64,000 nucleotides of DNA, from NCBI GenBank assembly GCA_049325515.1, contig JBMOLI010000011.1, positions 25,022-89,021 on the forward strand, given 5' to 3'. Position numbers and translations under genes: made by a program. Below the pieces are notes generated by a model that made no database searches, was not told the DNA's origin, and was given only the letters and a program-made list of their open reading frames with translations. The stretch is from Actinomycetota bacterium (GTDB taxonomy: Bacteria > Actinomycetota > Acidimicrobiia > Acidimicrobiales > VFJN01). Positions 19,094 to 28,189 of this stretch are shown here, in pieces (position 1 is the first letter of the stretch; each line of letters starts with the position of its first letter).

Positions 19094-20092
19094 CTAGATG
19101 AGGCCCAGCTCCCGCACCGAGTCACGCTCGTCGACCAGCTCCGACGTGCTGGCATCGATGCGTGACCGGCTGAAGTCGTCGATGTCGAGCCCCTGCACGA
19201 TCTCGTAGGCACCACCCGTGCAGGTGACGGGGAAGCTCGAGATGATCCCATCAGGCACGCCGTAGCTGCCGTCGCTCGGGATCCCCATCGACACCCAGTC
19301 ATCCGCTGGCGTGCCAAGCGCCCAGGACCGCATGTGGTCGACCGCGGCATTGGCCGCAGACGCCGCTGACGACAGCCCCCGCGCCTTGATGACGGCCGCG
19401 CCGCGCTGCTGAACCGTCGGGATGAAGTCGCTCTCGAGCCAGGTCTGGTCGCTCCCGACAGCCTCGAAGGCGGGCTTGCCATCGATCCTCGCGTGGAACA
19501 CGTCGGGGTACTGGGTGGCCGAGTGGTTGCCCCAGATGGTCATGCGGCTGACCGCGGTCCCGTGCACCCCCGCCTTGGCGGCGAGCTGCGCGATGGCACG
19601 GTTGTGGTCGAGGCGGGTCATCGCCGTGAAGCAGCTCGGATCGAGGTCTTTGGCGTTGCTCTGTGCGATCAGCGCATTGGTGTTTGCAGGGTTGCCCACG
19701 ACGAGGACCCTCACGTCTCGCTTGGCGCTGCGCGAGAGTGCTTCACCCTGGGGCTTGAAGATGCCGCCGTTGGCGCCGAGCAGGTCGGCTCGCTCCATGC
19801 CCTCCTTGCGGGGCATCGCACCGACCAGGAGGGCGAAGTCGGCATCACCGAAAGCCACGTCAGCATCGTCGGTCTTGACCATGCCGGCGAGCAGCGGGAA
19901 GGCGCAGTCCTCGAGCTCCATGCCGACGCCGTCGAGCGCGCCGAGCGCGGGCGTGATCTCGAGCATCTGCAGGATGACCGGTTGGTCCGGACCGAGCATC
20001 GATCCCGAAGCGATGCGGAAGAGGAGCGAGTACCCGATCTGCCCGGCGGCACCGGTGACGGCGACCCGCACAGGGTCCAAGGAAGAGGCCAT
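19094..20092 (-). CDS. mdh: malate dehydrogenase (LDH-like type 2 family)
   Basis: [26 protein letters not shown]-binding N-terminus, [10 protein letters not shown] and IWGNHS motifs. Confidence 0.95.
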   Translation of the reverse strand: MASSLDPVRVAVTGAAGQIGYSLLFRIASGSMLGPDQPVILQMLEITPALGALDGVGMELEDCAFPLLAGMVKTDDADVAFGDADFALLVGAMPRKEGMERADLLGANGGIFKPQGEALSRSAKRDVRVLVVGNPANTNALIAQSNAKDLDPSCFTAMTRLDHNRAIAQLAAKAGVHGTAVSRMTIWGNHSATQYPDVFHARIDGKPAFEAVGSDQTWLESDFIPTVQQRGAAVIKARGLSSAASAANAAVDHMRSWALGTPADDWVSMGIPSDGSYGVPDGIISSFPVTCTGGAYEIVQGLDIDDFSRSRIDASTSELVDERDSVRELGLI

Positions 20093-20129
20093 GAGCCGAA
20101 CCTAGCCCCCACCGCATCGGTCGAGAAAA

Positions 20130-20270
20130 GGCGACCGGCGGTAGTGGGGAGCACGAGGGGCGGCTCCTGCCGGCCCCTCGTTCGGCGGCACAGCCGCCGA
20201 GTCCGCGGAGGGCGACCCGCCATTGGGGGGAGCACGAGGGGGGACCGTCCCCGGTCCCCCCTCGTCCGCG
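20130..20270. repeat. duplicated hairpin module in the aldehyde-DH/mdh intergenic region
   Basis: Two related ~60-nt units start 81 nt apart (20130 and 20211). Both begin GGCGACC..G.....GGGGAGCACGAGGGG and then fold: ACGAGGGGC/GCCCCTCGT (20153-20181) versus CGAGGGGGGACC/GGTCCCCCCTCG (20235-20264). A third hairpin TCGGCGGC-aca-GCCGCCGA (20182-20200) sits between them. Confidence 0.6.
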
Positions 20271-20371
20271 AAGGATCCGGCTCCGCCGGTCCTGAGCGAC
20301 AAGCCCCTGCAGCGCGCCGCAGGCGCACCGCCAGCTCGAGCGAGGCGGCCGCAGGCCGCCGAGCTCGAACC

Positions 20372-21802
20372 CTAGAGCTGCATGCTCTTGGTCTCGAGGA
20401 ACTCCTCGAAGCCGTGCGTGCCGTACTCCCGGCCGTAGCCCGACTGCTTGTAGCCACCGAAGGGAGCGTTGGGATTGAAGGACCCGCCGTTCACCTCGAT
20501 CTGGCCGGTGCGGATCTTGCGGGCGACGTTCTTCGCACGCTCCGCATCGGCGGCCCACACGCCACCCGAGAGGCCGTAGGGCGAGTCGTTGGCGATGCGG
20601 ACTGCATCGTCCTCCGTGTCGTAGGGCAGGATCGACAGGACGGGCCCGAAGATCTCCTCTTGGGCGATCGTCATGTCGTTGCGCACCTCGGAGAAGACGG
20701 TGGGCTTGACGTAGTAGCCCTGCTCGAAGCCCTGGGGCTTGCCCGGGCCGCCGGTGACGAGCTTGGCGCCCTCGTCGATGCCCTTCTGGATGTAGGAGGT
20801 GACGCGGTCGACCTGGGCCTGGCTCGAGAGCGGGCCGAGCATCGCGAAGTCAGCGAATGGGTCTTGCGGTTGGAACTTCGTCTCCACCTCGTCGGCCGCG
20901 AGGCGCTCGGCGTCAGCCAGGCGGGACGCGGGCACGAGCATGCGCGTGAGAGCGGTGCACGTCTGGCCCGAGTTGAGGTAGGCCTTGCCGACGCCGTCGC
21001 GCACGGCCTTCTCGAAGGCTTCGTCGTCGAGGTCGTCGAGCAGGATGTTGGCGGACTTGCCGCCCAGCTCGAGAGCGACACGCTTCAGGGTGCCGGACGC
21101 CGCAGCCGCAACCGCCTTGCCGGCCCGGGTGGACCCCGTGAAGCTGACCATGTCGATGAGCGGATGCGTGCTGATGGCCTCGCCGACCTCGGCACCGGTT
21201 CCCGTGACGAGGTTGAACACACCTGCAGGCACGCCGGCGTCGTGGATGACCTCGGCCAGGATGTAGGCGTCGAGCGGAGCGACCTCGCTCGGCTTGAGCA
21301 CGACCGTGCATCCGGCTGCCATCGCGTAGGCGACCTTGGCTGCGATCTGGTGGAGCGGGTAGTTCCAGGGGGTGATGGCGCCGACGACGCCCACAGGCTC
21401 CTTCACCACGAGGCTGTTGCCGACCGTGGTCTCGTAGTCGTAGCTCTCGGCCACAGCCGCGGCCTGGCTGAACGAGTTGATCGGAAGCCCGGCCTGCACC
21501 ATGAGGCTGAGCCACTTCGGCATGCCCGCCTCACGGGTGACCACGGTGGCGATCTCGTCCATGCGGGCGCCGAGGCCCTCGGCGATGCGGGTGCAGAACT
21601 TGGCACGCTCGTCCGCGCTCTTGGCGGCCCACTCCGGGAAGGCGGCGGCGGCCGCCTTGGCAGCGGCATCGACATCCGCGGCAGAACCCTTCGGGATGCG
21701 GCCGATGACCTCGCCGTTGGTCGAGTCGAAGACGTCGATCGACCCGCTTCCAGCCGACGGCACCCAGGCGCCATCGATGTAGATCTTGTCGTGCTCTTGC
21801 AC
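20372..21802 (-). CDS. NAD(P)-dependent aldehyde dehydrogenase
   Basis: ALDH family motifs VALELGGKSANIL and YLNSGQTCTA (catalytic Cys), plus EEIFGPV. GTG 21802 (VQEHDKIYIDGAW) follows GGGGGAG. The ORF-track start is 21898. Confidence 0.9.
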   Translation of the reverse strand: MQEHDKIYIDGAWVPSAGSGSIDVFDSTNGEVIGRIPKGSAADVDAAAKAAAAAFPEWAAKSADERAKFCTRIAEGLGARMDEIATVVTREAGMPKWLSLMVQAGLPINSFSQAAAVAESYDYETTVGNSLVVKEPVGVVGAITPWNYPLHQIAAKVAYAMAAGCTVVLKPSEVAPLDAYILAEVIHDAGVPAGVFNLVTGTGAEVGEAISTHPLIDMVSFTGSTRAGKAVAAAASGTLKRVALELGGKSANILLDDLDDEAFEKAVRDGVGKAYLNSGQTCTALTRMLVPASRLADAERLAADEVETKFQPQDPFADFAMLGPLSSQAQVDRVTSYIQKGIDEGAKLVTGGPGKPQGFEQGYYVKPTVFSEVRNDMTIAQEEIFGPVLSILPYDTEDDAVRIANDSPYGLSGGVWAADAERAKNVARKIRTGQIEVNGGSFNPNAPFGGYKQSGYGREYGTHGFEEFLETKSMQL

Positions 21803-21885
21803 TGAACGCTCCCCCTGGTCGGTGGCTCGGGCCGCCCCTGCGGCCGACAGCGTCGACGCTACCGCCGGGCGGTTACCGTCCGCAC

Positions 21886-22368
21886 ATGCCCGAACCACGC
21901 GATTCCTCCGAGCCGGCCGACTCCGTGACGCTGCGCGTGGCCGCCCCGGCCGAGCGCCTCTACGAGATCGTGACCGACGTCACTGGGATGGGCCGTCTCA
22001 GCCCCGAGTGCACGGGCGGGCGCTGGCTCGCAGGCGCCAACGGACCGGCGGTGGGTGCGCGCTTCAAGGGCACGAACCGCCGCGGGATCGCGCGCTGGTC
22101 GACCACCAACGAGGTGGTCGAGGCGGAGCCGGGGCGTCGCTTCGCCTTCGAGACGCAGCAGAGCGGCGTGCGCTGGACCTACGCCTTCGAACCTGATGGC
22201 GACGGCACGATCGTCACGGAGAGCAGGCAGGCCTTCAAGGAGCGGCCCCTGGTCGCACGCGCCTTCACGGCGCTCCTCCTCGGCGGCGTCGCAGGCCACG
22301 ACGACGAGCTGCGCGATGGCATGCGCGCCACGCTCGAGCGCCTCAAGGCCATCGCCGAGCAGCCCTGA
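21886..22368 (+). CDS. SRPBCC (START/polyketide-cyclase-like) family protein
   Basis: A 160-aa protein containing AERLYEIVTDVTGMGRLSPEC ... WTYAFEPDGDGTIVTES, the usual SRPBCC layout. Confidence 0.7.
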   Translation: MPEPRDSSEPADSVTLRVAAPAERLYEIVTDVTGMGRLSPECTGGRWLAGANGPAVGARFKGTNRRGIARWSTTNEVVEAEPGRRFAFETQQSGVRWTYAFEPDGDGTIVTESRQAFKERPLVARAFTALLLGGVAGHDDELRDGMRATLERLKAIAEQP

Positions 22369-22398
22369 CCCGCCGACCCTGAGCCGCCGCTCCCACGG

Positions 22399-23400
22399 TC
22401 ACCTCAACGTGACGTAGCCGGGCACCTCGTGGTGTGGGGTGTCGAGGTAGGCCTTGGCCTCGGGTGGCTTGCCGAAGCGGCCGTGGCTCCACCGGATCTC
22501 GACGTGGCCGTCGACCGTGATCTCGCGGCCCTCGGCGCGATCCCGGATGCGCGCCTGCCAGCGCACCTGCGGCTGACCGGCGTCGTCCCCCCAGACATCG
22601 AAGCGCTTCAGCTCGAAGGCCTGGCGCCAGTCCCACGGCGTCATGACGCGCAGGCGGAGCGTGCGCCCGCGCTGGGCACCCAGCACGAAGTAGGGCGCGC
22701 TCCCGATGCGCAGGAGCCGCCAGAGCATGGCCTCGGCCTCCTGCCGCCGCCGCAGCGTGCGGCGCCACCGCTCGGCTGAGGCCTGGCCGACGGCCGAGGC
22801 GAGCTCCAGGTAGGCGGTCTGCGACTCCGCCGACCAGCCCTGGTCGAGGTAGGCGCGCAGCTCCGCGCGGTGCGAGGGGGTGAGATCTGCCGCATGGGGT
22901 GGCAGCGAGGCACGAGAGCCGAGCTCGAGGCGCACCTGACCGAACAAGCGCTGGTACGGCTCGGGGGCCACCTCGGCGTACCAGTCACCGGAGGCAGTGG
23001 AGGGCCCTCCGACGAGTGCCCGATCGAAGAGGCGAGACGGAGCAGAGTTGGCGAGCACCTTCGACAGGTACTTGCAGCTCACGAGCCACACGTGGTCGAT
23101 GCGCAGGTCGGCCGGCACGACCTCGTCGCCAGGTGCGTGAGTGGGGCCCTTCCACTCGACTGTGATGGGCGCCCGCCCGCGGAGCCCGTCGGGCGAGCTC
23201 AAGAAGGCGGCCCCGTTGGCCCAAGCCGCGGCGAACTCCTGACGATGCCTGCCCTCCCGCTCGAGAGTCGCCAGCCGATGCCAGATCTCATCGCTCACGT
23301 GGGCGACGGCACGATCGGCCAAGGCTGATCGAAGGTCGGGCGCGCCGGTGATCGCCATCCCGGTGACGATCTCGGTGATCTCTGTCTTGGCGGACGGCAC
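22399..23400 (-). CDS. hypothetical protein, candidate restriction endonuclease partner of the adjacent DNA methyltransferase
   Basis: A 333-codon high-GC3 frame begins (GTG 23400) 15 nt after the methyltransferase stop. PADLRIDHVWLVSCKYLSK could be a D...S-x-K variant of the PD-(D/E)XK nuclease motif. No other family signature recognised. The function is inferred from context only. Confidence 0.55.
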   Translation of the reverse strand: MPSAKTEITEIVTGMAITGAPDLRSALADRAVAHVSDEIWHRLATLEREGRHRQEFAAAWANGAAFLSSPDGLRGRAPITVEWKGPTHAPGDEVVPADLRIDHVWLVSCKYLSKVLANSAPSRLFDRALVGGPSTASGDWYAEVAPEPYQRLFGQVRLELGSRASLPPHAADLTPSHRAELRAYLDQGWSAESQTAYLELASAVGQASAERWRRTLRRRQEAEAMLWRLLRIGSAPYFVLGAQRGRTLRLRVMTPWDWRQAFELKRFDVWGDDAGQPQVRWQARIRDRAEGREITVDGHVEIRWSHGRFGKPPEAKAYLDTPHHEVPGYVTLR

Positions 23401-23415
23401 GAGGAGGGCGGCGCC

Positions 23416-24834
23416 TCAGGAGCCAGGGAGCAGATCGCCGACCGGGCGCGCCTTGCCCGCCGCGTAGCCCGCCATCCGCTCGACGGCGCCAGGCGCGCCG
23501 AGCTCGACCACATCGACCATGGCTGAGCCTCGCGCCGACGCCAGCGCAGCGAGCGGTGCCGAGCGGGCGGGCGGAAGGTCGGTGGTGATGATGAGCACCC
23601 GGTGCCCTGCCTGGGTCAGCACCGTGGCCTCGCCGAGCGTGCGGAAGAGCACGTCGGACCGGCGCAGACCGGCGCGAACGACGGTGCTGGCGCCGGCGAC
23701 CAGCACGAGCCAGTCGGCGCCCTTGGCGTCGGTGGCGATCCAGTCGACCGCGAGGCCACCGGCAAAGCGACGCCGCTTGCTGACGGTGGCGTCGGCCACG
23801 GAGAAGCCGGCCGCCTCGAGCAGCTCCCTGGCGGCGACGACGGCCTTGTCGGGCCGAGGGACCGCGGGCGCCGACAGCGATGAGGCGACCTCTCGCGCCA
23901 CCCGCTCGCGCGCGGCCTTCGCATAGGCGTCGTCAGTGTCGTAGCCGAGGTAGTGGCGACCGGTGCGCACCGCGGCGACAGCTGTGGTGCCGGACCCCAT
24001 GAACGGATCGAGCACGACGTCGCCGCGGTAGGTGTAGAGGTCGATGAGCCGCTGCGGGAGCTCCACCGGGAACGGCGCTGGATGGTTGACGCGGCTCGCG
24101 CTCTCCGGCGCCAGCTCCCACACGTCGAGAGTGGCGTCCATGAACTCGTCGGCGGTGACCGTCGCCTGGTGGGGGAGATCGGCGGCCAGCCGCTCGGCGC
24201 TCTTCAGCGCACGGTCGAAGCGGCCCTTGCTGGCGATCACGACGCGCTCGGTCAGATCTCGTAGGACCGGGTTGGCCGGCTGCTTGAACGACCCCCACGC
24301 GCAGTTGCCTCCGGCGCCGCGCGCCTTGCGCCAGATGATCTCCCCTCGCAGGAGCAGACCCAGCCGATCTTGGAGGATGCCTATGACGTCGGCCGACAGC
24401 GACCGGTATGGCTTGCGCCCGAGGTTGGCGACGTTGACGGCGATGCGCCCGCCCGCCTCGAGCTTCTCGACGCACTCGGCGAACACCTCTTCGAGCATGG
24501 TGAGGTAGTCGACGTAGGTCGCTGGGATGTGGCCTTGGCCCAGCTCCTCCTCGTAGGCCTTGCCGGCGAAGTAGGGAGGCGAGGTGACCACGAGGGCGAC
24601 CGACGAGGGACGGACCCTGTCCATCTGACGGGCGTCGCCCACGTAGATCTGGTCGACGACCCCGGGCGGGGCGACGGTTGCGTCGGGGCTCAGCGTGGGT
24701 GCAGTGAACCGGGCGTAGAAGCCGCTGGCGTCGTGGTTCTCTCGGCGGGACACGCCAAACGACGACGTGGAGGTCGCTCGCTTGCGCTGCGCGCCTGCAT
24801 CCACTGCTGCCAACCCTCTCGTCGCTCCGGCCAC
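23416..24834 (-). CDS. site-specific DNA methyltransferase (N4-cytosine/N6-adenine, beta class) with extra C-terminal domain
   Basis: Catalytic motif IV VVTSPPYFAGK comes before the AdoMet motif I VLDPFMGSGTTAVAA, which is the beta-class order. About 140 further C-terminal residues (AVVAARELLEAAGFSV...DWIATDAKGADWLVLVAG...) have no methyltransferase motifs. Confidence 0.85.
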   Translation of the reverse strand: MAGATRGLAAVDAGAQRKRATSTSSFGVSRRENHDASGFYARFTAPTLSPDATVAPPGVVDQIYVGDARQMDRVRPSSVALVVTSPPYFAGKAYEEELGQGHIPATYVDYLTMLEEVFAECVEKLEAGGRIAVNVANLGRKPYRSLSADVIGILQDRLGLLLRGEIIWRKARGAGGNCAWGSFKQPANPVLRDLTERVVIASKGRFDRALKSAERLAADLPHQATVTADEFMDATLDVWELAPESASRVNHPAPFPVELPQRLIDLYTYRGDVVLDPFMGSGTTAVAAVRTGRHYLGYDTDDAYAKAARERVAREVASSLSAPAVPRPDKAVVAARELLEAAGFSVADATVSKRRRFAGGLAVDWIATDAKGADWLVLVAGASTVVRAGLRRSDVLFRTLGEATVLTQAGHRVLIITTDLPPARSAPLAALASARGSAMVDVVELGAPGAVERMAGYAAGKARPVGDLLPGS

Positions 24835-24949
24835 ACCAGGACCCTACGGAGGGGGTGTGACAACAGGGCCACGCTACCGATGCGTGGGCGCGGGCGCGAG
24901 CACTCCTGCCGGTTCGGGGGCTGCGCGAGGTGGTGGGTAGCCTCGCCCC

Positions 24950-27184
24950 GTGAGCTCCAAGATCATCTACACGCACACGGACGAGGCACCGGCCCTGGCC
25001 ACCTACTCGTTGCTGCCGATCATCCAGGCATTCGCCAGCGCGGCAGGGGTGGAGGTCGAGACCCGCGACATCTCGCTGGCTGGGCGCATCCTGGCGGCAT
25101 TCGCCGATCGTCTTCCGGAGGACCAGAGGGTGCCCGACGCGCTGGCGGAGCTCGGCGCGCTGACGCTGCGACCCGAGGCGAACATCATCAAGCTGCCGAA
25201 CATCAGCGCTTCGGCGCCGCAGCTGAAGGCGGCCATCGCGGAGCTCCAAGCAAAGGGCTTCGCGCTCCCCGACTACCCCGAGGATGCCGACGACCCCGAC
25301 AGCGCGGACATCCGCGCTCGATACGACAAGGTGAAGGGCAGCGCCGTCAACCCGGTGCTCCGCGAGGGCAACTCCGATCGACGCGCACCTGCATCCGTCA
25401 AGCACTACGCCCGCACGCACCCCCACTCGATGGGCACCTGGTCCCCCGACTCGCGCACCCACGTGTCGACGATGACGAGTGGCGACTTCCGATCCAATGA
25501 GCGCTCGGCCACCATGGCAGCGGACGACGAGCTGCGCGTCGAGCTCGCTGCAGACGACGGCACCACTTCGATCCTGAAGGAGTCCGTGCCGGTTCTCGCG
25601 GGCGAGATCGTCGACGCCACGGTGATGAGCCGGCTGGCGCTCGTCGCCTTCCTCGAGGAGCAGATCGCCGATGCGAAGGCGCGCGACGTCCTGTTCTCGA
25701 TCCACCTGAAGGCGACGATGATGAAGGTCTCAGACCCGATCATCTTCGGTCACGCCGTTCACACCTTCCTGCGAGACGTGTTCGAGGAGCACGGTGCGGC
25801 CTTCGACGAGGCCGGCATCAGCCCCAACGACGGACTGGCCAGCCTGCTCACCGCCATCCAGAGCTTCCCCGACGACCAGCGCGCAGCCATCGAAGCCGGC
25901 GTGGCCAAGGCGTTCGAGCAGGGCCCAGCGGTTGCGATGGTCGACTCCGACCGTGGGATCACCAACCTGCACGTGCCGAGCGATGTCATCGTCGACGCGT
26001 CGATGCCCGCCATGATCCGCACGTCGGGGCAGATGTGGAACGCGGCGGGCGACCCGCAGGACGCCAAGGCCGTGATCCCCGACAGCAGCTACGCGGGCGT
26101 CTACCAGGTCGTGATCGACGACTGCCGGGCGCACGGGGCTTACGACCCGGCCACGATGGGCTCGGTCTCCAACGTCGGGTTGATGGCCCAGCAGGCCGAG
26201 GAGTACGGATCGCACGACAAGACGTTCGAGGTTCCGGCGGCCGGCACCGTGAGGGTCGTCGACTCGTCGGGCACGACGGTGTTCGAGCACCGCGTGAGCG
26301 AGGGCGACATATGGCGCATGTGCCAGGTCAAGGACGTGCCGATCCAGGATTGGGTGAAGTTGGCCGTGAAGCGGGCACGGGCGACGGGTGCGCCGGCGGT
26401 CTTCTGGCTCGACGAGGCGCGCGCCCACGACGCCGAGGTCATCAAGAAGGTCAGGCGCTACCTGGCCGACCACGACACCGACGGCCTCGAGATTCAGGTC
26501 CTGGCTCCTGTCGAGGCCACGCGCCTCTCGCTCGAGCGCATCCGCAAGGGCCTCGACACGATATCGGTCACGGGCAACGTGCTGCGCGACTACCTCACCG
26601 ACCTGTTCCCGATCCTCGAGCTCGGCACCAGCGCCAAGATGCTGTCGGTAGTGCCGCTGATCGCGGGCGGCGGGCTCTTCGAGACCGGGGCCGGCGGCTC
26701 GGCGCCGAAGCACGTCCAGCAGTTCACCAAGGAGAACCACCTCCGCTGGGACTCGCTCGGCGAGTTCCTGGCGCTGGCCGTCAGCTTCGAGCACCTGGCG
26801 CAGACCACCGGCAACAAGCGCGCCCAGGTGCTCGCCGACACGCTCGACGCGGCGACCGGAAGGCTCCTAGAGGAGAACAAGTCGCCGTCGCGCAAGGTCA
26901 ACGAGATCGACAACCGCGGCAGCCACTTCTACCTGGCGCTCTACTGGGCGCAGGCTCTCGCCGAGCAGACGGATGACGGCGAGATCGCAGCGACATTCGC
27001 GCCGCTCGCCGCATTGCTCGCAGAGCAGGAGGCGGTCATCGCGGACGAGCTGCTGTCGGTTCAGGGCAGCCCCGTCGACATGGGCGGCTACTACAGCCCC
27101 GACCTCGAGCTCGCCACAGCGGCGATGCGGCCCAGCGAGACTTTCAACCGAGCCCTCGAAACCCTCACCAACCAACGTCTGTGA
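24950..27184 (+). CDS. icd: NADP-dependent isocitrate dehydrogenase, monomeric type
   Basis: 744 aa with an N-terminus [23 protein letters not shown] characteristic of monomeric IDH. The stop TGA (27182-27184) lies inside the left arm of repeat copy 2. Confidence 0.95.
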   Translation: MSSKIIYTHTDEAPALATYSLLPIIQAFASAAGVEVETRDISLAGRILAAFADRLPEDQRVPDALAELGALTLRPEANIIKLPNISASAPQLKAAIAELQAKGFALPDYPEDADDPDSADIRARYDKVKGSAVNPVLREGNSDRRAPASVKHYARTHPHSMGTWSPDSRTHVSTMTSGDFRSNERSATMAADDELRVELAADDGTTSILKESVPVLAGEIVDATVMSRLALVAFLEEQIADAKARDVLFSIHLKATMMKVSDPIIFGHAVHTFLRDVFEEHGAAFDEAGISPNDGLASLLTAIQSFPDDQRAAIEAGVAKAFEQGPAVAMVDSDRGITNLHVPSDVIVDASMPAMIRTSGQMWNAAGDPQDAKAVIPDSSYAGVYQVVIDDCRAHGAYDPATMGSVSNVGLMAQQAEEYGSHDKTFEVPAAGTVRVVDSSGTTVFEHRVSEGDIWRMCQVKDVPIQDWVKLAVKRARATGAPAVFWLDEARAHDAEVIKKVRRYLADHDTDGLEIQVLAPVEATRLSLERIRKGLDTISVTGNVLRDYLTDLFPILELGTSAKMLSVVPLIAGGGLFETGAGGSAPKHVQQFTKENHLRWDSLGEFLALAVSFEHLAQTTGNKRAQVLADTLDAATGRLLEENKSPSRKVNEIDNRGSHFYLALYWAQALAEQTDDGEIAATFAPLAALLAEQEAVIADELLSVQGSPVDMGGYYSPDLELATAAMRPSETFNRALETLTNQRL

Positions 27185-27232
27185 ACCCCCATGGCCGCAT
27201 ACCGGCCGCCGCAGTTCACAGACGTTGGTTGG
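27168..27232 (-). repeat. 65-nt palindromic intergenic repeat, copy 2 (core inverted relative to copy 1)
   Basis: Perfect arms CCAACCAACGTCTGTGAAC (27168-27186) and GTTCACAGACGTTGGTTGG (27214-27232). The core ccccatggccgcataccggccgccgca is the reverse complement of the copy-1-type core. Confidence 0.9.
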
Positions 27233-27237
27233 TGGGG

Positions 27238-28095
27238 TCAGCCCAAGCCGAGGTTGGCGTGGATCTGGCGGACGGCCGCACTGCGGTTGAGGGCGTAGAG
27301 GTGCAGGCCGGGGGCGTCTTCCGCCAGCAGGGCGGCGCCCAGCTCGGTGGCGACCTCGATGCCGATCTTGAGCACCTCGTCGGGCTGGTCCTCCACCGCT
27401 AGCAGCCGCTCGAGCAGCCGCGGCGGGATGACGCTGCCGTTCATGCCGGCCATGCGGCGCACGCCCTTGACGCTTGTGACGGGCATGACGCCGGGAAGCA
27501 CCGGCTTGTTGCAGTGGAGGTCGGCCAGCTCGTCGACCAAGCGCAGGTAGTCGTCGACGTTGAAGAAGAACTGCGTCATCGCGAAGTCGGCGGCCTCGAG
27601 CTTCTCGGCGAGGTGGCGGCGGTCGGTGGCGCGATCGGGAGAGCGCGGGTGGATCTCGGGGTGTGCGGCGACGCCGACGGAGAAGCCCGCGGAGTGGGCA
27701 CGCACCTGCTCCACGAGCTGGGCGGCGTACTCGTAGTCACCGCCGGCGTCGGAACCGTCGGCCGGCGGGTCACCGCCCAGCGCCAGGATGTTCTCGATCC
27801 CCTGGGCTGCGTACTGGTCGAGCAGCTCGGCGATGTCGGCGCGGGTGTGGCCAACACAGGTGAGATGCGGCATCGCGGGGAACGACTGCTCGTGGTTGAT
27901 CCGCACGACCACGTCGCGCGTGCGCTCGCGGGTGCTGCCGAGAGCGCCGTAGGTGACCGACACGAACGATGGGCGCAGCTCGGCCAGCTCCACCACGGCC
28001 TTCTCGAGCATCCGCTCGGCTTCGTCCGTCTTCGGAGGGAAGAGCTCGAACGAGAGGGTCGGTCCGGCATCGAGGAGGTCGGCGATGCGGCTCAT
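27238..28095 (-). CDS. metF: methylenetetrahydrofolate reductase
   Basis: LSFELFPPKTDEAE N-terminal motif and the SVTYGALGSTR and LTCVGH contexts typical of MetF. Confidence 0.9.
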   Translation of the reverse strand: MSRIADLLDAGPTLSFELFPPKTDEAERMLEKAVVELAELRPSFVSVTYGALGSTRERTRDVVVRINHEQSFPAMPHLTCVGHTRADIAELLDQYAAQGIENILALGGDPPADGSDAGGDYEYAAQLVEQVRAHSAGFSVGVAAHPEIHPRSPDRATDRRHLAEKLEAADFAMTQFFFNVDDYLRLVDELADLHCNKPVLPGVMPVTSVKGVRRMAGMNGSVIPPRLLERLLAVEDQPDEVLKIGIEVATELGAALLAEDAPGLHLYALNRSAAVRQIHANLGLG

Positions 28096-28189
28096 GAGTT
28101 GACCACGCTACGCCCCCAGCGAGCCCACGGGCCAGGTTCGCGGCCCGCAGGCACGGAGCCGTCTTCGTCGTCTCGCGACGCCGTCGACA

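Noticed and set aside
20130-20270. 6C RNA or a known riboswitch in the hairpin region
   Set aside because: Only one loop is C-rich (GTCCCC), and I could not match the two-loop C-rich 6C pattern or any riboswitch core I know. It is kept only as an unclassified structured repeat.
20102-20302. 66-aa ORF in the mdh upstream spacer
   Set aside because: The Pro/Gly/Ala-rich peptide simply mirrors the duplicated hairpin module. There is no SD, and it overlaps strong secondary structure.
20350-20374. tRNA-like T-arm sequence (GGGTTCGAGCTC on the minus strand)
   Set aside because: No acceptor stem, anticodon arm or D-arm can be drawn around it. It overlaps the aldehyde dehydrogenase stop codon.
19493-21805. 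770-aa plus-strand ORF spanning mdh, the intergenic hairpins and the aldehyde dehydrogenase gene
   Set aside because: It is antisense to two genes with unmistakable family motifs and reads through a non-coding hairpin region. This is a high-GC shadow ORF.
23933-25705. 590-aa minus-strand ORF covering the methyltransferase 5' half and the icd 5' end
   Set aside because: It is out of frame or antisense to two well-supported genes, crosses the intergenic promoter region, and has no motifs.
28096-28189. SAM or other riboswitch upstream of metF
   Set aside because: The spacer is only 94 nt and I could not recognise any conserved SAM-riboswitch core. The call cannot be supported without a covariance-model search.
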